Assembly (NCBI RefSeq): GCF_000315625.1
Contig: NW_005434561.1
Span: 62,001-126,000 of the forward strand
DNA from: Guillardia theta CCMP2712
Taxonomy: Eukaryota; Protista; Cryptophyta
DNA: 64,000 nt
Reading direction: 5' to 3'
In this document: piece by piece, positions 38,314-56,615 of the stretch
How the letters are laid out: every line of letters starts with the position of its first letter
How positions within the stretch are numbered: the first letter of the stretch is position 1
Notes under the pieces: model-generated
The model's database searches: none
What the model was told of the DNA's origin: nothing
The model's input: only the letters and a program-made list of their open reading frames with translations
Position numbers and translations under genes: made by a program

Positions 38314-39970
38314 CTAGACATCAGTTATCAGTATGCCTCTGAGATCATGGACTTGTCAGGATCTTCACTGAGCTTGACTGATCCACGTACCAAACCTCCC
38401 TCCTATTTTCCTCGCCATCCTACTAGTCTGCAAGTTGTCGAGCCATATCAAAAAAACCCTCATACCGCTTGTTGGTTTCTTTGGCCCTCATACCGACAAG
38501 TCCATTCCGGCCCGCCGGGCTCAGGGCCCGGACACCGTGGACATCTTGGCGGCCATGGTGTTCTCCCTAGGTACACTTTAATTGGATGAATCTAATTTTA
38601 ACGAGTAAATTTGAAATATTCTACAATAATGTTGTAGTGGCAAGTCGAATCATACCCCACAAACCACAGCAAACGAAACTGATCACTACCCCCTTGTCTC
38701 AATGATACAACACCCGTGGTTGTTAAATGATTGCTTTAGACGACATCTACCCCTACCCTCATTACGTCCAGTGCAATGATGAGGGGGTAAGGTTAGACTT
38801 TTAGTCTATAGGGGTGGGTATGAGGGTAGGGTTCACGAGAAGTGGTTCACACCCCTACCCCCTCAAATCAGCTGTGCAAGGGAGCGATCCCACCCCCATG
38901 GTGCTGATGAGACGCATCGCTAGGTTGGGTCATAAAGACTCGTAGGCTGACGTGCAGGGAGACCCACTGGGGTGGTATTTCAGATTTTCAGAGCCTCTGG
39001 GGGTGGGGTGGACTTAAAAGGGGTTGGGAAACTCAAAGGGTCCTGTGTGCTTCGGTAGGGTTGACCTACCACTGGTGAGGAGCATGAGGTAAAATAAGGG
39101 GGTGGGGTAGTATGGGTTCTAGAAGGTATCGATATCGTGGGTCGGTGTTTTTCATATGGGCATGCACAAGGGGGTAGGGGTATGTTTGTGGGGTAGGGGG
39201 TACATAGCTTACGTAATCCAGGGGTGAGGGGTCACAATAGCAGGGTGCTGTCCTGTTTATGTCCTTTTTCCTGGGTGGGTGATTAATCTGTTGTTCTAGA
39301 AGATGGTGGTGGTGTTCCGCTCATATTCGCACGCAGGGGGTGGGTAGTAGTCATATGTCCAGGACAATTTCCGGTAAAATAAAAGGAAAGGAGTTGGTGG
39401 GGGTGTATAGGATGATACCCATTGAGACCCAGAGGACTATGGATGTTAAAGGGGTAGGGGTAGTGATTGAAGGGGGTATGAAGATAAAAATAGGGTGGGG
39501 GTTGTAAGCAAGGGGGTGTAGGATGTGTGTTGGGGTACCAAGCACGTGTCCTGCCGCGGCAGAAGTTCGAGATTGCTGCATGCAGTAGGATAGGAGCATG
39601 TTTAGGTATACGCAAGCGAGAATGACCTACGTCGAAAGATGGTTGAAAAAGGCGAGGCAGAATGTATGACTTCAAGGATGGCTTGGTGTTTGAAGAGAGG
39701 AATATGCCAGATTCCATCTAGGGCGGCATGAAAATGTTAGCAATAAGCTGTACATCGAAGCTTTTTCGTACAATGCAAGTTGTCATAGGCCTGATGACTC
39801 GACCACTACCCATTGTGTTTCGATAGAAGCCAAGACGTGATTTTGATCACCAGTATTATTATGTAAGCATTTACGAAGCGAGATGCCGAGTAACAGGATC
39901 CATGTTAGGACACCAACAGCTGAAAAATTGAAACTTCAATTGACAAGGATTGGCAGTGTGAGCTGTCGCC

Positions 39971-42271
<2,301 letters not shown>

Positions 42272-42419
42272 GGTATTGAGATTTCAGTACTAGATGGTCT
42301 GGGGTTTGCTTTCTTGAAATCATCTGGGGGGTTCAAATGTGTAGCTAGTTTTCTTATGTCGGATATCGTAAACTGTAAGTCCTTCGCCACCTATCTCCCA
42401 ACCCTCGTCACCTCATTTC

Positions 42420-44866
42420 TCACCTTGAAGCGCAAGAGCCCACAGCGAGTTCTGCGAGAAACCTGCAACTTGGTGAGCAAATAATCATCAGGTCAGGTGA
42501 CAAGTTACAATCCTCTTCCAACTTCGCGAACTCAGCGAGGGTCATGTTCTTGAGTTGCGTCCAGTCAACCACGGATGTGCCGCTGAGGCGCCTGTAAGCC
42601 TTGTAGCTCGCCACCAGGTTGGCCCGCTGCTTCGATACTGAATCGAGGAATTCAGAGGGCACAGCGTCTTCTCGCGTGTCCCAGTCTGTGTCGAGATCGT
42701 CCCGGTCCATCCCCGTCCCGTGCTTGTGGTCTGACGGTGCCATGGAGCTCGTCGAGCGGTGCGAGGTCTCGCTGCTCTTATCGTAGTTCTGCCAGCCCTC
42801 GTCCTTGCGCTCCTTGGCTGCCTCGTGGGTTCGGTTCTTCTTCTTCTCTGCCTCCTGGTAGTCCCGCATGCTCTCGATCTCCTTGAGAGCCTCCGTGTAC
42901 CGCTGCTTCAAGGCCACGTGCACAGCGCTGGGCACCATGCCCGTCATCTTCTCTTTGGTCATCTCCAGCACGCTTGACATGTCTTGGAAGCTCTCTGTCA
43001 TGGCCTCCATCCTCTTGGATACTGCCTCGTACTTCCCTCTCCAGTAGTTGACATCGTCCTTGGCATTCAGCATGGCATCCTTGGCATCTTTGAGCTGCTG
43101 GATCAGGTTGTGCATGGCGCTCTGTCTCTCCATCGTGTTGGCGATCTTGGCGTCTTGTTTGGCTCCTTCCAGCAGCATCTCCCGCATGTCGTCTTGCAGC
43201 TCTCCCAGCAGGAAACCTTTCTGCAGCTGGTCGAACTTGTACTTGAGCTCCTCGTACTCGGCCTGCCCCATGCGTTAGACTGATCAATAGGTTGCGAAGA
43301 GACAGGGGATAATCTCAAGTCACCTTCATCTTCTTGAGAAGGGACTCTGTCTTGCTTGCTTGCTCGTTCGTGTTCGAGGCCCTTTGCTGAATGTTGAACA
43401 GCTGGTTTTCAAGGTTCTCCTTTTCCTTCTTCACCTCTTTCAGTTCCTTCTCTGTCTGCTTCAACAACCTGCATGGAACTTGAGCTGGACCTGCAGGTCA
43501 ACATCAACTCTTACACTTCGTTCGTGGTCAGAGCGCTCAAGGCCCTCTCTCGCTCTCGCTTCATCTCGGGCACAAGTTGTACCCAGGCGACTTTGTGGCC
43601 GGTGGGCTTGAGGTAGTCTTGCTCATCACTGTAGCAACTGCACTGCAATCAGCTGGAGGATGGCGGCGGGAGGAGCAGCACCACTTGTACAGCTCATCCT
43701 TGATAGTCCTGAGGACCTTGCCGAAGGGCCCGGTGGACAGAAGAATCTCATCGAAGATGTCGAAGAGCTTGGGGAGCAGGAAGTCATACGCCTTCTTCCT
43801 GCGCAATCACACTCAGATCCTTCCTGCAGATAGGAGGGAGGGAGGGAAGGAGGGAGGGAGGGAAGGAGGGAGGTCACCGAGCCTCGGTCAGGGGCGGCCG
43901 CTTCCAGATAAGATCAGCTTCGTCCAGCGCCTCCTTGAGCTGGAGCTCGAGTTGCCGCACGAGAGCGTACTTCCCGAAGCTGTTGAGGTTTCGCTCGAGC
44001 CTTTGATCTTCGTCCTCTCGGAAGAGGGTGGACATCTCGTCGGCTAAGAGCATGCTGCTTGCGAAGCCTGACGGGGTGCTCAACCGGCTGAAGGTCTTCA
44101 GGGACTCCGGTCGACGAGGAACGAACTCAGGCATCTTGAGGAACCTTCCCTTGTGCCTCCTCGCCTCCCGCGCATCGACGTCTGCTCGTTGACGGGGCTC
44201 TCTCGATCGCTGCGGCTTGTGCAGAGAGTCTTTCTGCCTGGACGGCACTCGCTGCCTCTCTCTGCTCGCAGCAGACCTCTCCTGCTCCGCTGTCATGCTT
44301 GACGGCTCAACCGCTGTTGACGGCTCTTCCTCCTCCTCGAATCTGATCTTTGCATGTCGCAATGAAGGTTCAGCTGACTTGGGAGGACCGCGCTCGAGTT
44401 TTGCTTCTGATTCAGCCCTCTCCTGCACCTTCTCTCCTCCTTTTGGGATCTCAGGAGCCAAGACAAGGGGGGGGGAGGAGAGGGGAGGAGAGGCGTTCCA
44501 AGTGTAGTATCTCTCCCTCTTGGAGCTCTGCTCAGACTTGCCTTGACCTCTCTTGTTTACCTCCTCCTCCTTGAGAACGATCCCCGTCCCTCGCACACTG
44601 TTCCCCCCGCTGTTTTTCCTGCCCTTCCTCGCTTTCCCCGGACTCTTCAGCGCTCTCCCTGTGAACTGCTTGTCCGCAAAGCTGCTTTGCGGTTGGCTGC
44701 TACGGGAGTCATGCCTGGTCCAACTGCCGAGCTCGTCGCCTTTCTCTAAGGCATCCTCTTCATCTCCGAAGCTCAAGGTGCTGAGCTGAAGGTAAGCTTT
44801 GAGGGACGCAGTAGGCGAGACGAAAGGCTCTTGCTTGGAAGCTTCTTTCTTAGGAGAGCTTGTCAT
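42420..44866 (-). CDS. Coiled-coil protein with possible TSNAXIP1-N/C6orf118-like segment, multi-exon
   Basis: 330-aa and 283-aa ORFs linked by exons; LFDIFDEILLSTGPFGKVLRTIKDELY followed by long heptads. Confidence 0.6.
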
Positions 44867-45322
44867 GTACCTGCTTCGCTCATATGATCGTCGAAGGCTC
44901 AGTGGCTCAAAACATTCTCATGCTTCTTGAGAGTCCCTGTGATCGCCACAAGTCAGTTGACTGGAAGTGTGATCGATCCCTGGCAGTCGACGGTCATCTG
45001 AACTGCGACGCTATCCATCTGATATCACTTTAGCTCATCTACTGACAAGGGTCAACCCATCCTCTAGACTCACTGGTCTACTATGCCATCACTCTTCTGC
45101 ATCTCTCACTCAGTCTTCCCTGTTTGTCGCCACTATCTCCCAAACGATGTCGCTACTTCTACTCAGGTCCTTGCATTTCTCCTGGCAGCGCTGCCGTTTT
45201 TTGTCCCTCATCCCCAGCCGGGGCCCGAGCCTACTGGCACAGCTACTGGCAGCTCAGTATCACATCACTGAGCTATCCGAATCCGAACGTGGCACCGTGA
45301 CTTTACTCATGACTTTGCTGGC

Positions 45323-45460
45323 CTTTACTCAAAGTTAAGGTAAAAATCAGTACGAGGACCGTACGGTACAATCCGATGATCAGACCCTGAGAGTCGAGGA
45401 GGCTTGGCATGACTAGTGTCTATCAAACTCCGAGATAAGTTGAAAATTAGTACGAGGACG
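45323..45460 (+). repeat. Copy of the MITE-like repeat (opposite orientation to 1731-1808) with micro-insertions, plus a degenerate second end
   Basis: ctttactcaaagttaaggtaaaaatcagtacgaggac...gagagtcgaggaggcttg; aagttgaaaattagtacgaggac at ~45437. Confidence 0.85.
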
Positions 45461-45763
45461 GTTGACAACCCGTGACCGTCCTGGCATCACTGACTGAGTC
45501 ACCTGTACGGTACTCCCCGGGCCCGGCTCGGTACTAAGCCTTGGGCCAAGCCGGGACCCGCTGGAGCCGGGCCCGCGGCACTGCGCGGGGCGCGGCGCCC
45601 CGCCTGGCGCGATCATCCGATCCGACCGATTATCCGATCGGACGGTCCCCCGGGCCTGGCCCGGACGGTGAGCCTGTTTTCCGAGTGGACCCCTCAGTAC
45701 CCCCTCACTGAAAACCAGGCTTGAGAGTTTGACCTTCACCACTTCGCACCCACAACCGTGATC

Positions 45764-47700
45764 ATGTCGACGGCGTCTTTGCGCGCGCCGACATTGAAGT
45801 CGCCGGGGCAGCAGACGCGGCGAAGAAGCGTGAGGTCGATCTCGTTCTATCCTCAGAATGAGAGGAGCCAGGGCAAGATGACTGAAGAGGTCAGCCGATT
45901 GAATGTAGTGCTCTCGTTGCGATGGTCCTTGACCGAGTCGAGTACTATACAACGCCGTGTGATGACTGATGGCTGCGATACAGGAGATCATTCCTGAGAG
46001 GATTCTGGAAGGCCTGGCGCTGGAAGTGCACCAATGTCCGATACTGCAACAAGAATGGGTGGAGCAGATGTGATCGTTTGCTTTGGATCAGTTGTTTGCC
46101 TTTGACTCCCATCAGTTTCAAGCACAATCCGGCAGCTTCCCCTGAAGGGTCGTACATGATATGGAGACCTACAGCATCTTCACGATTAGCTTCAGGAGTT
46201 GTGAGTACGCTGCTATTGTTTTTTGTTGCACTCATGCGAGTTCAGCTCGATCACCATCGCGGCTTCACCTTGATAGCCATCTCATACGTCCGTCTGGGAG
46301 ATTTTCTGTGTGTTGCAAACGGTTTGTTTGCTGGTTCTGAATGAGAGATAGGTACAAAGGAAACTATCGAAACCTTACAGACGCGACGATGATGATTCAT
46401 AGTTGGCACAATCTAAAAGTTGAGCACAAGGTCTTGCAGATTTTTTGCCTTTGGAAGTGAACTGACGCCAAGGTCACTCGCAGCTTGTATGGGCTGTCGG
46501 GGGAGAAGGTCAGCAAGACAAATGCTTGAGCATAAGTTTTCTTCGTCTAAGTTTGCACCAGGTGGCTTCACGTGCTTTCCTCACAGGATGTGGGCACCCT
46601 ACAGGTACAATCATGACACGAGAGGACGTACGAATGTGACTAAGTCAACCGCCAGAGGCGCGATCATAACAAATTTCAACCCCTGGAACTTTGTTCCGAT
46701 AGACCTGGCCATGTCCCGCGAGCTCTACACAAATCTTGAAGCCTTCGTCAGGTGTTGATACCCGACCATGCTGAAATCGTTGTTCACTCGCAAGGCAGAG
46801 CATGCCCGGAGCTCCGCCATCGTTTAGATCCGCACCGGTGTGCATGAGAGAGCATCAGGGTGGCAAATGTTCTGAGCCCAGTGTTGTAGATTTGACGGCT
46901 GTCCTCCACGGGGAAGCGAGGATAGCCTGAGGCTCGAGCACGTCAGGTCTTGTTGCGACCTGCTTGCGGGCTAGTGTGACGTTCCTTGCAGACCGCATGC
47001 GGTCAAACAACGTCGCGATGATGATCCGAATGTTCTCGCTGAAGTGACGAGTCGATCTTGTGATGCACAAGATGCTCTGACAAGTTGTTGACGTGCAGCG
47101 TTTGGAGCTGATTAAGTTGAGGAGGAAGCAGGACAAAGCGATTGACGACTTGAATGCCCTCCAGCAGCAGAGGTCTGATGAGCTTGCATGTATCACCCCG
47201 TGAGGCAAAGTCAGGTCTCAGCTAAGAGCACAAGGCGAGAGACTCACAGACGAAGCTGAGGATCTTCTTGACGACATTGCCAAGTTGGAAGCAAGATTAG
47301 ATTGCGTGGTCTCTAGACAAGCATGATGACCTTGCAAGCGGTGAAGTAACCTGTTACAGGTGTATGACTACAACGAAAGCGAGAAGATTGAAACCATCCA
47401 GCTTAAGTTGCAAGAGGTATCTGTGAAGCTGAACGAAGCCAAGTTTGTCACCCATCTTGCCCACGCTCTCTCCTTACGTTGGGATGCCATAGGATGGTGA
47501 TCTTGCAGGGCTGTCAGATACCCGACCAGCGATACAGGTAGACGCTGGAGGGCGTCGAGCCATGATAGATGTGCTGACTTGCTTTCTGCAGATCTTGTGT
47601 TCTTCGAGCACAAGAGCTCAAAGACCGTCTTGTCCAGCTAAGCATTGCCCACGAGAAATTCAGCTAGTGCTGGCTTCCTGCTGGGCTTCCTGTGGCAATC
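45764..47700 (+). CDS. Hypothetical multi-exon protein with C-terminal coiled coil; end approximate
   Basis: Regular short GT-AG introns and linkable exon pieces; no family recognised. Confidence 0.45.
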
Positions 47701-47879
47701 GCTGTTAGCTTGTTGTGGCCCAGCCGTTGTGTCGAGGCTCGCCGGCTGCTTTGGCCCCGGCGTAGTTCAGGCCAGGCCCGCCTCCGTACGGTATGTGATA
47801 GTAAAAAACATCTGTAAAACGTCAAAAAACATTTCCCTTGTCCACAAGACGGATCGCCTTATCCGACCTTGCCAGAGAG

Positions 47880-48160
47880 CGAGAAAGTGAGGGAGGAGGA
47901 AGAGGAAGAGGGAGAAGAAGAGGAAGAGGAAGAGGGGGAGGGAGAAGAAGAGGGAGAAGAAGAGGGGAGGAGGAGAAGAGGAGAAGAAGAGGAAGAGGAA
48001 GAGGAAGAGGGGGAGGGAGAAGAAGAGGGAGAAGAAGAGGGAGAAGAAGAGGGGGAGGGAGGAGAAGAGGGAGAAGAAGAGGAAGAGGGAGAAGAAGAGG
48101 AAGAGGGAGAACAAGAGGAAGAGGGGGAGGGGAAGGGAGACCGGGGAAAGGGAAGTGAAG
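47880..48160. repeat. Polypurine (GAAGAG/GGAGAA)-type low-complexity tract
   Basis: Seen directly. Confidence 0.9.
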
Positions 48161-48324
48161 GACTTGTTCCCGGAGACTGAAGCAGATCGATGGAGGTCGG
48201 TGCGAGGCAGAGGGACCAAGCAGGCAGCAAACAGAGAGGTCAAGAAGCTGACGAATGAAGGCGGATGGAATCCTTCTCTCCTGAGCTTGCAGGAAATGCA
48301 TGCTCGGCGGGGTGCTGAACGCAA

Positions 48325-50917
48325 ATGGGAACAAGAGCAACAAAGGGAGTGTTGGTCCTTCTCGCCTTGTGTCTGCATCTGCATCAGAATCAATGCGGAG
48401 GACAAAAATGCAGGAGCAGCCAAATCTTGACGGGACTGCGTTCCTCATGTCTGCTCTCGCTCTCGCCCTCCCTCCAGCTGCGAGGAGGTAAAGCGGTCAA
48501 GGCGCGGAGGACTAGCGATGAGAGGAGGAGCAAGGCGGGAGACTCGGGCTCGCACGTCTCCGATGCTGCTGGGGAGGAGGATGACACGTCGGACTCACAA
48601 GGATCCCCACAGTGGCTAGAGGACATGGTCAATGCAACCAAGAGGAAGAGAAGGAAGGCGCTGAGAGGAGACGACCTCGTTGCCCAGTTCCTGGCATACA
48701 ACTCTGACTTCTCAGGGTCTGAATCGTCGATGCATACCAGCGACATGTCCGAGGGCTACGGGCCCAACGCCACTCAGGAGACGGTGATGGCGAAGCTGGA
48801 GGAGATGGAGGCGAAGGTGACGCGTCGCTGTGGTGGACGGAGATGGAGGCGGTTGATGTCGTGGAGCAGGTGGATGAAATCGAGGAGAAGAACAACCAGC
48901 ACATTCAGGGGTGTGAAGCCTGTCGGACTCACTACTCCAACCTCACGTTCCCCGAGTCCGACAGCCTCAGTACCTCCAACGACGGCGACGAGGAGGTGAA
49001 GCAGGAGGACGGAGGGAAGGGCTGATAGCTCAGAGCTCCTTGTCCAGGTCCTAGAGGAGGTGGAAGCAGAGGAAGTGGAGCTGAGCGAGGGCAAACCTGG
49101 TCTCGAACTCTCAGACTCACAGTCGGAAGCCTTGGAGGTTGTGACATTCCCGTCTCAGCGGTATCCCACCATCGCGGATCTCGCGGAGGTGATGCCTGCT
49201 GCTGGGGGGAAGAGGACAGGAGCTGAGAGGTCTGGCAGGGTGACAGCTCGCCAGGACGAGTCGAGCTAGAGCCAGGGGAATACAACTGGACGACTTTGAT
49301 CAGGGTCAACAGCAGCAGGTTCTGGATGCGAGGGAAGGGAGTCAGCAGGGAGAAGACGTCAAGTCTCTTGATCAGAATCTTCGATGTAGGACGTTCGCTC
49401 GATGGCAACTCATTGACCGTAGCTCTGGTTCGTTCCACACTGTCCTGGTGCCCTGTTGTTGAAGAGTGTTATTTTGCGATCTCTTGTTCTCTCACGTCTT
49501 TTATATTATCTTTTATCTTTTATCTTTTATCTTTTATCTTGTGCATTGTGTCTTGCATATCCTCTCACTTTCTCTCCTCCTCCTCCTCCTTCTCTTTCCT
49601 CTCCTTCCACTCTTGACCGAATTTGATCATGCAGGGGGTATCAACAACCTCTTGCTTCGTTGGCGTCCCAACGAGGAGACCCGATACGATGAAATCGCTA
49701 TCTTCGTCGTAGGTGATGCCTGCAAAGTTTTTCTATCCCCGTCAGCCATCCTCCTCCCCTCCTCTCCCTCCCTCAACTGATGAGAACACTTCCGTCTCTG
49801 TTCCTTTCTCTCTTCATTCTCTCTTCATTCTCATCCCCCAGACCCCTTCAAGACAACTTTGCCTCTTCTTCATTTTGCTTCCATTTGATTCTTCTTCTCC
49901 CCCGCTGCTTGTTCAACTTTCAGCCTCCTTGTCCTCTACTTCACCTTTCTCCTTCTCTCTTGTCCTTCTCTCTTCTCTGTTCACCTCCTCATCATCTAGC
50001 AGCGACAGTATGCAACTCCAAGTGGAGGATTCAGTCCAGCTGCATCGGAGCTGTGGGGTGTGGAATACTGGGCTGCATAGGAGACTCGAGAGTGCTTGTG
50101 AACCAGGTACAAGGATGATGATGCTTGAGATGTGATGAGCAAGATGCGATGGAGTGATGGAGATGATAATTCTCATCATCTTAGTGCTCATGGAGATAAT
50201 GGAGGAGGAGGAGGAAGAGAGGAGGAAGGGAGGAGGAGGAAGGGAGGAGGAAGGGAGGAGGAGGTGGTGGTGGAGCAGGAGCGGGAGCAGGAGCGGGAGC
50301 AGGAGGAGATATTGAGTGCTCATATTGCAGAGTCTTCTTACTGGCATGCCTGGTCGATGCTCGAGCACCGTCTTTGGGTTTGAAAGGGAAGTAGACAAGG
50401 AAGCGAAATGTGATAACGACGATGATCTTCTTTCCAGCTTTGATGTTTACAATCAGACAAACTGATGGCAACGGTGGCTATTGACGCAAAACACACATCA
50501 AGCGTTGAGGTAGCTGGAAGTGTTGTTCGATACACTGGACTGTACACGTGAGTTGTTGTGTACACTTTCTCAACCTTTCTCCCTTGTACCTATGATGAAA
50601 TGTTGGAATGAAAAGTTTTTGTTCATCTTTTCAGGAATCCAGCTATCGTTGCGGACGACTCAGTGAGTATAAACATCTCCAGCACAAAAATCCACCACAA
50701 CATGGTCAACTATCTCACCATCACTGCTCGACTTGTGATCTTCTCATGTTGCAGGTCGGGGTTGAGGTCTGCCATCGGGCTTCGGTCAGTCTCTTCAACT
50801 GCTCGTTCAGAGCGAACAAGCTCGGTCAGCACATGCCAAAAGCGTTGCGCTCTCACTTCCTCCTCCTGTTGCTCGTTTTCTTCCTCTCTCGCCTAAACTT
50901 GATCCTTTCCCCGTCCT

Positions 50918-50978
<61 letters not shown>

Positions 50979-52062
50979 TCTTTCCTCTTTCTCTTCCCCC
51001 TTCCTGTCTTCTCCCTTCTCCTGGTTTTCGTTTAATCCTTATCAGGTTGCTTCCTTTCCTCCGACGGCTCTGGCGACGCGTCTCTCACTCTCGAGCGCTG
51101 CTTGCTCTTTGGGCCCTCCTTGTGGTTCAACTCAGTCCGTCCCGGTCGTATCCTCGCTCGACGTAACGCCTTCGTCAACATCTCAGCTTGGTACGTCCTT
51201 CTCTCCTCTCCTCCTCTCCTCTCCTCTTCTCTTCTCTCCTCTCCTCTCCTCCTCTCCTCTCCTCTTCTCTTCTCTCCTCTCCTCTCCTCCTCTCCTCTCC
51301 TCTTCTCTTCTCTCCTCTCCTCCTCTGTTCTCTCCTGTCTTCCCGCCTTCTGTCTTCTCTCTCCCAACCACTGTCTTTCCCTAATCGCTCCTCCTCCCTC
51401 TTCTCACTTCCTCCTCCTCCAGGTTTCCTTCCCAAGAACCCCCGGGCCCCAACGACACCCAGGCGGTCAACGCGAGCTCAGTTGCTCTCCCACTGGCGCA
51501 GCTCGGAGGACTTTACGCGCTGATGCAGGGATACGAGGGTGGCGAAGAGGAGGGGAAGGAGGAGGGGACGGGAGAAGCCAAGGAGGAGGAGGAGGAGGAG
51601 GAGGAGGAGGAGGAGGAGGATTTAGGGAGCTACCGCCCAGCTGACGAGGAGCTAATCGACGGGATGCCGGACATATTCTCTGCGTTTGCCCATATCAACC
51701 CATCGGCGATAGAGGTGAGGACCCCTGCCCCCTTACCAGCTGGGCTGGAGCTGAGAAAGCCTATCAGCTGGAGGTGACAGGCTCGAGCTTCCACAACGAC
51801 CTGATGAATCGAAGTTTGCGGACTTTCGAGGACGAGAATTTCCTCTATGTCAAGGATGACAACCAGCTGGACTTTGTCAACCCCTCGCACACACTCTCGG
51901 CGTTTCCTCTGAGGTGAGCAAGAGCTGGGGAGGGAGGGGGAGCTGAGAAAGCCTGCCAGGGACTTGAGACAACACGATGTGCTGGGGCTGACTTGGCTCA
52001 CGGAAGAGAGAGAAAAGGCCATGCGAGAGCTTTTAGAGCAGCTGAGGAATAACGGGTCCTGA
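48325..52062 (+). CDS. Signal-peptide protein with LQLRGG motif and probable right-handed beta-helix region, multi-exon
   Basis: Hydrophobic N-terminus; FPSQRYPTIADLAE...LEPGEY; VEVCHRASVSLFNCSFRAN-type repeats. Confidence 0.55.
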
Positions 52063-52114
52063 TCCTACCCATGCTCCTTCCCGTTCCCCTGCCTCTGCTG
52101 CTGCCTCTGCTGCC

Positions 52115-52156
<42 letters not shown>

Positions 52157-53060
52157 GCCGCTTTCTCTCCATTTCTGCCTGTCCATCTTCCTGCTCCTCA
52201 GAAACTCCTTCCAGCCTCTCCCTAATCATTTCCACATTCATATGTAATCCACTTCCCCTTCAGTGCTTTATAACCCCTGCCCCCTGCTCCCCTCCCTTAC
52301 CCCTTCCCTCCCCCCTCCCCCCTTCACCCCCCTGCTCCCCTCCCTTACCCCTTCCCTCCCCCCTCCCCCCTTCACCCCCTGCTCCCCTCCCTTACTCCTT
52401 CCCTCCCCTCCCCCCTTCACCCCTGCNNNNNNNNNNNNNNNNNNNNNNNNNNNNNNNNNNNNNNNNNNNNNNNNNNNNNNNNNNNNNNNNNNNNNNNNNN
52501 NNNNNNNNNNNNNNNNNNNNNNNNNNNNNNNNNNNNNNNNNNNNNNNNNNNNNNNNNNNNNNNNNNNNNNNNNNNNNNNNNNNNNNNNNNNNNNNNNNNN
52601 NNNNNNNNNNNNNNNNNNNNNNNNNNNNNNNNNNNNNNNNNNNNNNNNNNNNNNNNNNNNNNNNNNNNNNNNNNNNNNNNNNNNNNNNNNNNNNNNNNNN
52701 NNNNNNNNNNNNNNNNNNNNNNNNNNNNNNNNNNNNNNNNNNNNNNNNNNNNNNNNNNNNNNNNNNNNNNNNNNNNNNNNNNNNNNNNNNNNNNNNNNNN
52801 NNNGGGAGGGAGGAGGAGGAGGAGAGGAAAGAGGGGACGAAGGAGAGAGGATGGGATGTACAGGATAGGTATGAAGACAGGACGACACTTGCTTGTTCGA
52901 TCTTGAGAAGCTTGAAGATTGAGAGGAAATGTGGAGGGGGGGAGGGTGGGGCGAAGAGTCGTAACTCTATACATGGGGACAACGAAGACAGAGAGACAAG
53001 TTGTGTTGTGAAGGGAGAGATGATGATGGTGAGAAGTTGACCTTGGTGTTGGCAGAAGGG
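52060..53060. repeat. Low-complexity intergenic region ((CTG)n, C-rich ~43-bp duplication) around N gap 52427-52803
   Basis: Seen directly. Confidence 0.85.
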
Positions 53061-53312
53061 ATATCGGTACGCGGTCACTGGGAGATGAGATATCCGTTAC
53101 GATGCTATCAGAGCATGTATGAGTGATGCAGGGAGTCAGGATGGCATGATCGTCGTATGAAAGATTTTGGTTTCTTTTCTGGACTTCTTGGTTTTTTATT
53201 TGTGCTCCCCTTTCGAGCTTGTCTCGACCTTGTCAGAGCGTCTTGCTCACCTCGGACCACAACTCTCTTGCTCGTGTTAGTCGCAGTCTGTGTTGCCGAA
53301 GGCTCTGCGACC

Positions 53313-56455
<3,143 letters not shown>

Positions 56456-56615
56456 TCGGCTACTGTGCGTGTGGAGGAGCTTTCATGACGATGTGTTTGA
56501 CTTTTTTCTTTCCTCCTTCCATGCTCTTGATTGAAACTTGTCAATTTTAAACATCGAATTACACTTCTCCTCCTCCCCCTCCCTCTTCCTGCATTTTACC
56601 TTGATCCGCCTCCCC

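Noticed and set aside
38640-39540. Interstitial telomeric repeats
   Set aside because: No tandem TTAGGG or TTTAGGG units, only scattered GGGTA-like words
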